Shown: positions 46,411-55,434 of the stretch, in pieces
How the letters are laid out: every line of letters begins with the position of its first letter
Position numbering within the stretch: position 1 is the first letter of the stretch
NCBI GenBank assembly: GCA_001787535.1
Contig: MFXP01000002.1
Span: 21,597-85,596, forward strand
Source: Candidatus Peribacteria bacterium RIFCSPHIGHO2_01_FULL_51_35
Lineage (GTDB): Bacteria; Patescibacteriota; Gracilibacteria; Peribacterales; Peribacteraceae
Direction of reading: 5' to 3'
DNA length: 64,000 nucleotides
Program-made: the position numbers and the translations under genes
The notes under the pieces: generated by a model
Told to the model about the DNA's origin: nothing
Databases searched by the model: none
What the model saw: only the letters and a program-made list of their open reading frames with translations

Positions 46411-47823
46411 CTAAAGATTCCAATTCGTATGGAAGTTCCCTTCCTCATCCAATTTCTCATATCCGTGTGCCCCGAAGAAATCACGCTGCGCTTGGACGAG
46501 GTTCTGCGGAAGCCATGCAGAGCGGTACGAATCGTAATACGAAAGTGATGCAGACATCGCAGGTAATGGAATACCGCGTTCCGCACCCAGTGCGACGACG
46601 TGTCTCCATTCCAGTTGACGGTCTCCACTGCAACGTTCACGCAAATGCTCCGAAGCAGCTTTGTCGCCTTCGAACGCTTTTTGGTAGTGCTCCAATATCG
46701 CAGAGCGGATGATGCAGCCACCGCGCCAAATGCGTGCCACTTCACTCGTCTGCATCTGCCAATCTTCCTTCGCATTTGCGACACTGAGCATCTGCATGCC
46801 CTGTGCGTACGTGTTGATGATCGAAAGTTCCAATGCGCTGCGCACGATATCGGGCAGAACTTCTTTCGGCAGAGAATCTTCCTCCACAGAAACGGGAGCG
46901 ATGCCGCTGCGCATCACACGAAATTCTTTGGTGGAGGACATGATGCGCGCATCCACCGCTGCGGTGATGGTTGGAACGGCAACGCCGTATTCCATAGCGG
47001 CATCCGTCGTCCATTTGCCCGTTCCTTTCTGGCCCGCTGCGTCTTTGATTTGATCCAAGACAAATTTTCCTGATTCCTTCTTTTTGAAAACTTTTGCCGT
47101 GATCTCCATCAAGAACGATCGCAAATCATCGCTTGCACTCCATTCTGCAAAAATTTTCCCAAGATCCTCATTCGAAAGTCCTCCTTCGACTTTTAAAACG
47201 TGATACGCCTCGGCGATCAACTGCATGATGCCGTACTCGATGCCGTTGTGAACCATCTTCACATAATGTCCGCTGCCACCGGGACCGACGTACGTGAAAC
47301 ATTTTCCTCCAGCACCGCCTGTGGTGAGCGAAGCCGAACCATCGTCTGCAGCCATCTTGATAAAGAGCGGCTCGATCTTTTCGTACGCAGACTTGTCCCC
47401 TCCCGGCATCATGCTGGGTCCTTCCAACGCGCCGACTTCACCACCACTGATACCCATGCCGAGGAGGTGAATCCCCTTCTGCTCCAATTCCTCTTGCCGA
47501 CGCTCTGTGTGCCGATAATGGCTGTTGCCGCCGTCGATCAAAATATCTCCCTTGGAAAGATGCGGAAGCACTTCACTGATGCAGGCATTCACTGCATCCC
47601 CTGCTTTCACCATCAGAATGATCACCCGTGGTGATTTCAATGTCTTGCAAAGACCTGCGAGGCTATAGACAGCTTCCAGTGAGCCTTCTTTTGCATAGTC
47701 TTTAATGAATGCATCCGTTTTTTCTGACGTTCGATTGAACACGAAGACATCTGCGCCATTTCTGGCAGCATTGCGCGCAAGATTCGCACCCATTGTTCCC
47801 AGACCGATCAATCCTAGCTGCAT
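46411..47823 (-). CDS. gnd: 6-phosphogluconate dehydrogenase (NADP+, decarboxylating)
   Basis: GLGTMG, DGGNS, GHYVKMVHNGIEYG, QKGTGKWT, WRGGCIIRS, QAQRDFFGAH. Confidence 0.96.
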   Translation of the reverse strand: MQLGLIGLGTMGANLARNAARNGADVFVFNRTSEKTDAFIKDYAKEGSLEAVYSLAGLCKTLKSPRVIILMVKAGDAVNACISEVLPHLSKGDILIDGGNSHYRHTERRQEELEQKGIHLLGMGISGGEVGALEGPSMMPGGDKSAYEKIEPLFIKMAADDGSASLTTGGAGGKCFTYVGPGGSGHYVKMVHNGIEYGIMQLIAEAYHVLKVEGGLSNEDLGKIFAEWSASDDLRSFLMEITAKVFKKKESGKFVLDQIKDAAGQKGTGKWTTDAAMEYGVAVPTITAAVDARIMSSTKEFRVMRSGIAPVSVEEDSLPKEVLPDIVRSALELSIINTYAQGMQMLSVANAKEDWQMQTSEVARIWRGGCIIRSAILEHYQKAFEGDKAASEHLRERCSGDRQLEWRHVVALGAERGIPLPAMSASLSYYDSYRSAWLPQNLVQAQRDFFGAHGYEKLDEEGNFHTNWNL

Positions 47824-47846
47824 GGCATCAGATTACCACACTAACA

Positions 47847-47910
47847 AGAGCGCGTCTTCGACGCGCGATGAGTTGATCAATATTCGCATCGCGGGTCGAA
47901 GACCCGCTCT
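47847..47910. repeat. REPIN-like doublet, sibling of 22210-22295
   Basis: AGAGCGCGTCTTCGACGCGCGAT ... ATCGCGGGTCGAAGACCCGCTCT. Confidence 0.75.
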
Positions 47911-47926
47911 GCGGTATTCAATACGG

Positions 47927-48592
47927 CTACTTCTTCACTTTCTCCCAATCATCCAAAAATCTCTTGATCCCGGCATCTGTAAGAGGATGCACCGGAAGTT
48001 TTTTGAACAGATCGTACGGAATTGTGCAGATATGTGCTCCATAACGTGCTGCATCGACGATATGCCCGGGGTGCCGTGTGGACGCGACCAGCACTTCGCA
48101 ATCAAAACCATAATGAGACCATGCTTCCATTATCTCCTTGATTAATTTCATGCCGTCTTCACCGGCATCATCCAATCTTCCCACAAACGGACTGATGATG
48201 TTCGCTCCGGCTTTTGCTGCAAGGATGGCTTGTGGAACGGAAAAAACAAGCGTCGTGTTCGTCTTGATTCCTTTGGAGCGGAAATACGACAACGCTTTGA
48301 GTCCTTCGGTTGTCATGGGAACTTTCACGACGATGTGCTTATGCCAGCTGGCATATTCCTCACCTTCCTTTTTCATGCCTGCAAAATCCGTCGATGTCAC
48401 CTGTGCGCTGACACACGGGACGTGCTTGCACATCTCTAAGACTACTTTTTTGAAATCCGCTTGTCTTGAGACACCTCGAAGGGTGCCCTCTTTCGCGACA
48501 AGACTGGGATTCGTCGTAACGCCATCCAATACTCCCCACGCTGCGATCTCCGCAACATAATCGGTATTTGCTGTATCGAGGAATAATTTCAT
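47927..48592 (-). CDS. tal: Transaldolase / fructose-6-phosphate aldolase (short type)
   Basis: FLDTA, GVTTNPSL, VVKVP, N.TLVFS, SPFVGRLDD, HPLTD.G. Confidence 0.93.
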   Translation of the reverse strand: MKLFLDTANTDYVAEIAAWGVLDGVTTNPSLVAKEGTLRGVSRQADFKKVVLEMCKHVPCVSAQVTSTDFAGMKKEGEEYASWHKHIVVKVPMTTEGLKALSYFRSKGIKTNTTLVFSVPQAILAAKAGANIISPFVGRLDDAGEDGMKLIKEIMEAWSHYGFDCEVLVASTRHPGHIVDAARYGAHICTIPYDLFKKLPVHPLTDAGIKRFLDDWEKVKK

Positions 48593-48658
48593 GGCGAAAT
48601 AGTAACGCATTTGCGCGTGTTCTTCCAGAAAGAATTACAGTCCGGGAGCCATCTTTAT

Positions 48659-48877
48659 TTAAGGATCTCCGGACGCCGGTGCTGCTTTAGGATTTGAGAT
48701 AATGCGTTTCATTATGCCATTGATGGAGGACAGATACACACGCAATGCGACCAAGACGTTCGTATCGTTTGGCTCCTGCAGCAATCGCATGACCTGCTGC
48801 TGTACGCCAAGCAAAGTCGGATGCATCCTCAATAACTCTTCATGCAACCGGATAATGGGGAGCAGATCTTCGTGCAT
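48659..48877 (-). CDS. Hypothetical small protein
   Basis: 72-aa ORF filling the intergenic gap. Confidence 0.35.
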   Translation of the reverse strand: MHEDLLPIIRLHEELLRMHPTLLGVQQQVMRLLQEPNDTNVLVALRVYLSSINGIMKRIISNPKAAPASGDP

Positions 48878-48940
48878 ACCAAAATGATGTAAGAGGACAT
48901 TCGGTCATACGTCAAAGGAAACATGCAGTACACTCTCTCC

Positions 48941-49711
48941 ATGCGCTTGCTCTCAGGCAAATCGGCATCCCTTCTGTTCCTCGCCGTGCTCCTTTCCGGA
49001 ACGGCATGGTTTGTGTACGGCCACTTGCAACCCACTATCGTATACAAAGCTCCGCCGACGCCCAAGGAGGACCCGCTAACATCGCAAGGAGCGGCTATTG
49101 AAGAAACCGAATCGCAAGCAAGCAGTTCCGTAGCTTCGGCGCTTCCACCGCGCGTTGTCATTCAAGTGCCTTTCGCATCACAAGCGCCTTTGGGTGATTG
49201 GGGCATGCCCTACCAGGAAGCGTGTGAAGAATCGTCATTGATTCTTGTGCACCACTACCTTACAGGAGAAGCAATGAGTCCTGAGATCATGGATGCGGAA
49301 ATCCGAAAAATGGCGGACTACGAAGTGAATGAACTCGGCTTCCATGCCGATACGACAGCGGAAGAAACGGGACTCGTTGCGCAGAAATTTTACGGGCACA
49401 AAGCAACGGTGTACTACGACATCACGATCGATGACATCAAGAAGCAAATTGCTGCCGGCAATCCGGTCATCGTTCCGCTGGCAGGACGCGACATTGGAAA
49501 TCCGTACTACAGCGGTCTCGGCCCCTGGTACCACATGCTCGTCATTGTCGGCTACGACGGCAAAAATTTCATCACGAACGATGTCGGCACAAAACGCGGA
49601 GAAGGCTACAAATATCCGCAACAAGTCCTCTACGACGCCATCCACGACTGGACGGGCTCAAAAGAAGACATCCGCAACGGGCGGAAGGCGATCCTGGTGG
49701 TTACTCGGTGA
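48941..49711 (+). CDS. C39-like peptidase-family exported protein
   Basis: TM; VPFASQAP...QEACEE (Cys), YHMLVIVGYD, TNDVG. Confidence 0.75.
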   Translation: MRLLSGKSASLLFLAVLLSGTAWFVYGHLQPTIVYKAPPTPKEDPLTSQGAAIEETESQASSSVASALPPRVVIQVPFASQAPLGDWGMPYQEACEESSLILVHHYLTGEAMSPEIMDAEIRKMADYEVNELGFHADTTAEETGLVAQKFYGHKATVYYDITIDDIKKQIAAGNPVIVPLAGRDIGNPYYSGLGPWYHMLVIVGYDGKNFITNDVGTKRGEGYKYPQQVLYDAIHDWTGSKEDIRNGRKAILVVTR

Positions 49712-50047
49712 ATTTATTCTTCAAACTGTTCTTCGAGTGGATCGAGTTCACCATCTCCAATTTTTCGGGCATGGATTTCGCGATTAAATTTCCGAGCCTG
49801 ATTGGAAACTTTGTATGCAATTCCTGTTTGTTCGAGTTCTAAGGAACTGAGTCCATGGATAGTGGATAAACGACAGTCCAAGTCATTGGAATGATCATGG
49901 AGAACTGCATTAAGATTGCGTGAACCCATAGTGTTTGAAGGAAAGAAGTTGGCGACATTATTAGGAGTCAGGCCCGCATGTCAACACGATGACCTCCTTT
50001 ACCTCTCTTCTCTTTGCCCATACACTAAAAGTCGATTTCTTCCCCGC

Positions 50048-52339
50048 ATGAGCAAGAGACCATCCTATGAATCCTTGATCGGCAAAGATCCGAAGCTTGT
50101 CCCCCTTTCTTTGCAAAGAATCCTTGGAGCAAGCGAAACAGTCGATTCTCTCTGGATTGGCCCTCATGATACAAAGAAGCTGTCTGAAAAAGATCAAAAG
50201 GCATACGAATCTGCACATACCATCATGTGCCATTTGGCAGTGCGCGCTCCCACGGAACACCAGTCGGGGCATCCCGGCGGTCCGCTCTCTTCTTTCACAT
50301 TCGCCTATTTCCTTTCGAAGAAGAGAAATCCTGCAGTCGATCAGCCACTTCGCATCAGTGCGGGACATCTTTCATTGCTAGCATATGGTCTTCAGTGGTT
50401 ATTTGGTCGAGAAGGAAAAGACAAACGATTGGCATCACCGCAGGCAATCATCGATTCGTTCCGCAAGCCGGATGGTTTGCCGGGACATGTGGAAGCAAGC
50501 ATCGGCGATATTCCCTTTGGGACTGGACCGCTTGGAAAAGGTGTGAGCAATGCGTTGGGTGCTGCATTCGGTTTGAAATATCAGATGAAACCCGGAATCG
50601 TTGATGTGCTTCTTGCCGATGGCGATAGCCAAGAAGGTCAAGTACAGGAAGCGTTTCGATTGGCTGCACATCTTCAGTTGGATAATTTGGTCGTGCACGG
50701 AGACTTCAATGATATTCAACTAAGCGACATGCCATCCAAAGTTGTTGCATGTGACTTTGCATCCATTGCATCTGCAACCGGTTGGCAGGTCATCGAGGTT
50801 CAGAACGGAAATGATCCCGCTCAGGTTGCTGCTGCCCTCGAAGTTGCAGATCAATATATTGGCAAGGGAAAGCCAATCTTCATGTGCTACTACACCACTA
50901 TGGGACACGGAGTAGCGCTCATGGAAGAAGGGTCCAACACGGGCACGAAAAACTTCCACGGCACTCCCCTCTCCAAGGAAGAAGCTGCAAAAGCAATTGA
51001 GCCTCTTCCCAATTTCGAGGAAACTATCAAGGCCTACGAATCATTTCGTACGGAAGAAAAGAAGCGATATACATCCAAACCTGCAATGCAGACGAATCTG
51101 CTTCTTTCGTGGAGCACTCCGAAGAATTACAAGCGAACTCTGACGGATGCAAAAGGAGCGGCCCGCAAAGATTTCGGCGCAACGCATTTGAAAAATTTGA
51201 TGGCCGTGGATGACCGCATCGTTGTGCTGCATGCAGACCTCGCTGCATCCGGTGGATTCGATCTTGTACACAAAGACTTTCCCAATCGAGTGATCAACGT
51301 TGGCGTCGCGGAAGCAAACATGTACATGATGGCGGCGGGCATGCGCCAAGTCGGCCTGCTTCCTGTCACGTACACATTCGCAGCGTTTGGAACAAATGAA
51401 GCGCGCGCAAACGCACGGCTCATCGACATCAATTCTTCGCACACGCGTTGCGCAGTCCTGCACGATTGCACACACAGCGGGCTTTCCGTCGGAGAAGATG
51501 GCGAAACACACCAGGAACAGAATTATCTGAATATTCCATTCCACCACACGCAAGTGTGGATGCTCGCGGACAGCAATCAAGCAGGCGCCGCCGCCGAACG
51601 CGCAATGGAGTTGATCGCGAAGGGCGAGGAAAGCGTGTACGTTTTTTCTCCACGGAGCGGCCACGAACAATTGTCATCACCGAACGGCAAGCTGATCTAC
51701 GGTGCCGAGTATGTTTTTGATGGCAAAGCAGATCTTATTCGCGGCAGCGGTGACACCAAAGATCAAGCAACGATCATTGCAACGGGAATTCCCGTGCACG
51801 ATGCCGTGAAAGCTGCGGATCGCTTGCTGAAAGAAGAAAAAATACAAGTGCGTGTCCTCAGCGTAGCATGCGTGCGTCCACTTGATGCATCGGCTGTCAT
51901 TCAAGCAGCGCTCGAAACAGGACACCTGATCGTTGTAGAAGATCACAATGCGGAAGGAGGACTCGCGACACTCGTGGCAGATCTTATCGCAGACTTCCAG
52001 CTCCCCTGCTCTCTTCGACGCCTAGGGCTCAATCATTATTTCCCCTCAGGAACGGACAAGGATCTCAAGTTTCTCGCGGGGCTGGATGATGAAAACATCA
52101 TGAATACGGTACAGGATGAACTGCGTACGGAAGTGAAAGGCGGGGAGGACGCATTTGTGACATGCATCTTCGCAATGGCCAAAAATGCAAAGGAAAGCAC
52201 ATTCGGGAAATTCGCTCAGAGTTTTCTCGATCAATTGAAAAATAGGAAAGGATATTTGGAGACGCTGCGCGGCGCGTGGAAGAAGAGGGAGGCCGGCACA
52301 CTTCCGGACAACGAACACTTGCGCGAACTTCTTTCCTAA
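50048..52339 (+). CDS. tkt: Transketolase (fused N- and C-terminal halves)
   Basis: SGHPGG, SAGH, LPGH, TGPLG.G, DGDSQEG, NVGVAE, HSGLSVGEDG.THQ, VEDH. Confidence 0.9.
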   Translation: MSKRPSYESLIGKDPKLVPLSLQRILGASETVDSLWIGPHDTKKLSEKDQKAYESAHTIMCHLAVRAPTEHQSGHPGGPLSSFTFAYFLSKKRNPAVDQPLRISAGHLSLLAYGLQWLFGREGKDKRLASPQAIIDSFRKPDGLPGHVEASIGDIPFGTGPLGKGVSNALGAAFGLKYQMKPGIVDVLLADGDSQEGQVQEAFRLAAHLQLDNLVVHGDFNDIQLSDMPSKVVACDFASIASATGWQVIEVQNGNDPAQVAAALEVADQYIGKGKPIFMCYYTTMGHGVALMEEGSNTGTKNFHGTPLSKEEAAKAIEPLPNFEETIKAYESFRTEEKKRYTSKPAMQTNLLLSWSTPKNYKRTLTDAKGAARKDFGATHLKNLMAVDDRIVVLHADLAASGGFDLVHKDFPNRVINVGVAEANMYMMAAGMRQVGLLPVTYTFAAFGTNEARANARLIDINSSHTRCAVLHDCTHSGLSVGEDGETHQEQNYLNIPFHHTQVWMLADSNQAGAAAERAMELIAKGEESVYVFSPRSGHEQLSSPNGKLIYGAEYVFDGKADLIRGSGDTKDQATIIATGIPVHDAVKAADRLLKEEKIQVRVLSVACVRPLDASAVIQAALETGHLIVVEDHNAEGGLATLVADLIADFQLPCSLRRLGLNHYFPSGTDKDLKFLAGLDDENIMNTVQDELRTEVKGGEDAFVTCIFAMAKNAKESTFGKFAQSFLDQLKNRKGYLETLRGAWKKREAGTLPDNEHLRELLS

Positions 52340-52345
52340 TTCTCC

Positions 52346-53293
52346 ATGCTCCTCCACCCGATACGCCTGTGGTTGCCGTTATGGATTTTCCTGGGCACAG
52401 CCGCCTTGCCACTCGGCGCATCTGCAAAATCTTTCCTTGATGTTCCGAAAACGCATCCCGCTTACGAGGCGATCACTTCTCTCACAGACCAGGGCATCCT
52501 GAAGGGTTATCCGGATGGACGGTTCCACCCCAACCAACCGGTGAACCGCGCCGAGGCGGTTCGCATGATGGCAAGTGAATTTTCTCCGGAATACATCGAG
52601 GCCTTTTCGTATTCGACAGTGTTTTCAGATGTGCCGAATGGCGCCTGGTACCTGCCGTACGTCGAAATCGCGCGCCAAAACGGCGCCATTGATAGTCCGC
52701 CAAAATCCTCTCTCTTTTACGGCGAGAGACAGGTCACCAACGCCGAGTTCGTGAAGATATTTCTCATTCTCAAGCGACGAAACATCCATCTTTTCGAGCA
52801 AGAGCAAAAACCGCTCGCGCCGGATGTCAGTGCAGGCAAGTGGTTTTACCCATACCTGACGCTTGCACTCTCCATGAACATGATTCAAACCGACGCCGTA
52901 GGGAACCTCTTGCCCGAAAAAGCGTTGTCTCGAGCCGATGCGGCAGTCCTGCTGCACCGCTATGCACAGTACGCTTCCACGCAAGCCCTTCCCCTTCTCA
53001 TCGACGCAATTGATGAAAACCTGCACAAAATTTCTGCACACCGTACAGGTGAGTACACGCCACAGGCACCGGCCGCTTCCTTTCGGGCAATCCTCCTGGC
53101 ACACGGGCTCCGCTCGCTTCACGACAGTCTCGAACATCAGGCACTGCAAAAAATCACGTGGGCTGCCGGAAAGCTCCTGAAGGGTGAACCGCAAGAAGCG
53201 CAGAAGCTGATGAAGGAAGCCAAGATGCTGTCACCAGCGACCGTTTCAACGTACGGAAGTTCGTTGACACGCTCACTGCAGTTTCAGCCGTAA
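52346..53293 (+). CDS. S-layer homology (SLH) domain protein
   Basis: Signal peptide; FLDVP...GILKGYPDGRFHPN..VNRAE and further SLH repeats. Confidence 0.85.
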   Translation: MLLHPIRLWLPLWIFLGTAALPLGASAKSFLDVPKTHPAYEAITSLTDQGILKGYPDGRFHPNQPVNRAEAVRMMASEFSPEYIEAFSYSTVFSDVPNGAWYLPYVEIARQNGAIDSPPKSSLFYGERQVTNAEFVKIFLILKRRNIHLFEQEQKPLAPDVSAGKWFYPYLTLALSMNMIQTDAVGNLLPEKALSRADAAVLLHRYAQYASTQALPLLIDAIDENLHKISAHRTGEYTPQAPAASFRAILLAHGLRSLHDSLEHQALQKITWAAGKLLKGEPQEAQKLMKEAKMLSPATVSTYGSSLTRSLQFQP

Positions 53294-53303
53294 ACATTTA
53301 CAA

Positions 53304-53440
53304 CCGGCTGTTCTGCGAAACTTTATAAATAAAGTTTCCCGTTTGCCATGACCATTCCCCGCGACCTGTCCCTCGTGCCATGTTAACGGCGTTAACATCA
53401 CCCTTCGAGGAGATTGAGGAACGGCGGACAGCAGAAGAGT
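53304..53440 (+). repeat. Duplicated blocks: truncated copy of the fic promoter/start plus ATGTTAAC-GGC-GTTAACAT block
   Basis: 53304-53360 resembles 54243-54322; 53378-53440 resembles 54134-54191. Confidence 0.8.
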
Positions 53441-53466
53441 TTGCTCCTGCCGACTTTCTTCTGCCA

Positions 53467-53724
53467 CTATCTATACACATTCTTCCTGTGTGCCACGTTC
53501 ACCACAGTCACCGTGATAATGCTGTGGTCAACACCGTAGATGATACGATACGGCCAAACTCGTAGAGAGCGGAGCCCCTTATACTTACCTTCAAGCTGTT
53601 TCCCTGCGGTTGGGTTTTCTCTGAGAACATCAAAGGCGGCCAGTACGCGCTTCTGATCTTTCTTTGGAAGAGATTCCAGCTGCTTCACCGCCTTTGTTTT
53701 TACTTCAAGCGCGTACATACTCAC
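53467..53724 (-). CDS. RelE/ParE-family toxin
   Basis: KQLE.L....KR...L.ENP..GKQLEG...LRV.PYRIIY...V.HRK.VYR. Confidence 0.9.
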   Translation of the reverse strand: MSMYALEVKTKAVKQLESLPKKDQKRVLAAFDVLRENPTAGKQLEGKYKGLRSLRVWPYRIIYGVDHSIITVTVVNVAHRKNVYR

Positions 53725-54002
53725 AGCTTCAGCCTCTTTTTCGTCGTATTAAGGCTGACGGTATTCTTGTGCAATTTTCCCGCCTTCATGTCCTTTACCG
53801 CCTCTTCAAGCTCCTTATCCAACTCCGAGTCAGACATAATCTCCATTGTCTCTTGCCATCCTTCATATTCCTCAAAGGACATCACAACCACCTTAGGAGT
53901 GCCTTCATGGGTAATAGCCACAGCAACCCCTGGGTGCTCTGCCTCATCAATGACCGCATAGAAGTTCTTTCTCGCCTCTGTTGCTGTCATAAACTTATTC
54001 AT
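53721..54002 (-). CDS. Phd/YefM-family antitoxin
   Basis: TATEARKNF...ITHEG.P.VVVMS.EEYE...ET; overlaps the toxin start. Confidence 0.9.
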   Translation of the reverse strand: MNKFMTATEARKNFYAVIDEAEHPGVAVAITHEGTPKVVVMSFEEYEGWQETMEIMSDSELDKELEEAVKDMKAGKLHKNTVSLNTTKKRLKL

Positions 54003-54284
54003 ACGTACATTGTAGCGTACGCCTTCCCTTCCTGCAAGAGCAAAAGGACGACAGCGAAGAGGCAACGATCCCAGCCTATTCGCCGCTTTTTTTCATGTTA
54101 ACTATTTACGAAAAAACTAACGTCTTCAATGTACCATGTTAACGGCGTTAACATCTCGAGGAGATTCAGGAACGGAGGACAGCAGAAGAGTAGTACTCGA
54201 AGAACCGGAAGGAATGATTCCTTTTCCTTGAAGCACCGTCAGCCGGCGGTTCTGCGAAACTTTATACATTACGTACTATCTGCT

Positions 54285-54300
54285 AAACTTTATAAAGTTT
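54285..54300. promoter_or_regulatory. Palindromic operator upstream of the HTH-Fic gene
   Basis: Perfect 16-bp palindrome AAACTTTATAAAGTTT 10 bp before the ATG; an extra half-site lies further upstream. Confidence 0.55.
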
Positions 54301-54310
54301 CCCGTTTGCC

Positions 54311-55234
54311 ATGACCATTCCCCAGAAACTCCGGACCATCCGACAGTTGTCAGAGCTGAGCCAGACTGAACTGGCTCGCACGCTCGGCGTCTCCTTTGTC
54401 GCCTTCAACCGTTGGATCACCGGAAAATCCACTCCCCACAGGAAGGCGCAGGAGCGCATTGATGCACTGTACCGAGAGTACACGGGTCTCACGGTGATTC
54501 CCGAGGAAGCCTTGGCAGCGAAGAAGGCAATCGTGATGGGGAAGGCAAAAAAGATGAAGCAGGTGTTTCGGACAATTCTGGGAAATCCCGATATCCGCGA
54601 TCAGTTCGTGCTCGTGCTCACCTATACCTCCAACTCCATAGAGGGGAGCACCCTCACACAGGCGGAGACTGCCGCCGTGCTCTTTCAGAACGCCGCGCTT
54701 CCCGATAAGACACTTACGGAGCAGCTGGAAGCAAAGAATCATCAGGCAGCGCTCCTGTATCTCTTTGAACACCTCTCATCAAAAAAGCCTCTCGGTGAGG
54801 AGTTGATCCTGAAACTTCATGGGATGCTCATGAACGGTATCCGCGCGGATGCCGGATCGTACCGCCGACACGGTGTCCGCATTGTCGGAGCAGATCTTCC
54901 AACGGCGAATTATCTCAAAGTGCCGCATCTCATGGAGGAGCTGGCAAGGGACCTGCGCCCAAACCGCAGAGATGTCATCGAGCACGTCACAACTGTCCAC
55001 GCTCGCTTTGAGCAAATACACCCCTTCTCAGATGGGAATGGGCGCATCGGGCGGCTCCTGATGCATGCCATGCTTCTTCGGGAAAATCTGCCACCTGTGG
55101 TAGTCATGCCCGAAAGGAAGCGACTCTACTACTCCGCTCTCAATATCGCCCAAAAGAAAGGCGATACCACTCTCCTGCAAGATTTTTTCTGCGATGGGAT
55201 CATGGAAGGATGGAACATCGTGGAGAGGAAATAA
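54311..55234 (+). CDS. XRE-HTH + Fic domain protein
   Basis: LSQTELARTLGVS..AFNRW; TSNSIEG inhibitory-helix-like motif; HPFSDGNGRIGR. Confidence 0.92.
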   Translation: MTIPQKLRTIRQLSELSQTELARTLGVSFVAFNRWITGKSTPHRKAQERIDALYREYTGLTVIPEEALAAKKAIVMGKAKKMKQVFRTILGNPDIRDQFVLVLTYTSNSIEGSTLTQAETAAVLFQNAALPDKTLTEQLEAKNHQAALLYLFEHLSSKKPLGEELILKLHGMLMNGIRADAGSYRRHGVRIVGADLPTANYLKVPHLMEELARDLRPNRRDVIEHVTTVHARFEQIHPFSDGNGRIGRLLMHAMLLRENLPPVVVMPERKRLYYSALNIAQKKGDTTLLQDFFCDGIMEGWNIVERK

Positions 55235-55434
55235 TCCTCGAGGAAGAGGAAATTCGAAGAACCAGAAGAAATGATTCCTCCTTGCTGCTTTTTCTCATAT
55301 CTATTCCGGTTCAATATGATACCCAAATCCGGACTCTGAGTATCTGCGATCAATACCGCGTAGCTTTCACGCAAGCCATAGATCATTAACCGATTCGGTT
55401 ATCTTTGTTCTATCAGTGAGAAAGCGACGTGGTA

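Noticed and set aside
53380-53398. Second dif/pdif site
   Set aside because: The half-sites are back-to-back with a 3-bp spacer rather than the 11-6-11 geometry.
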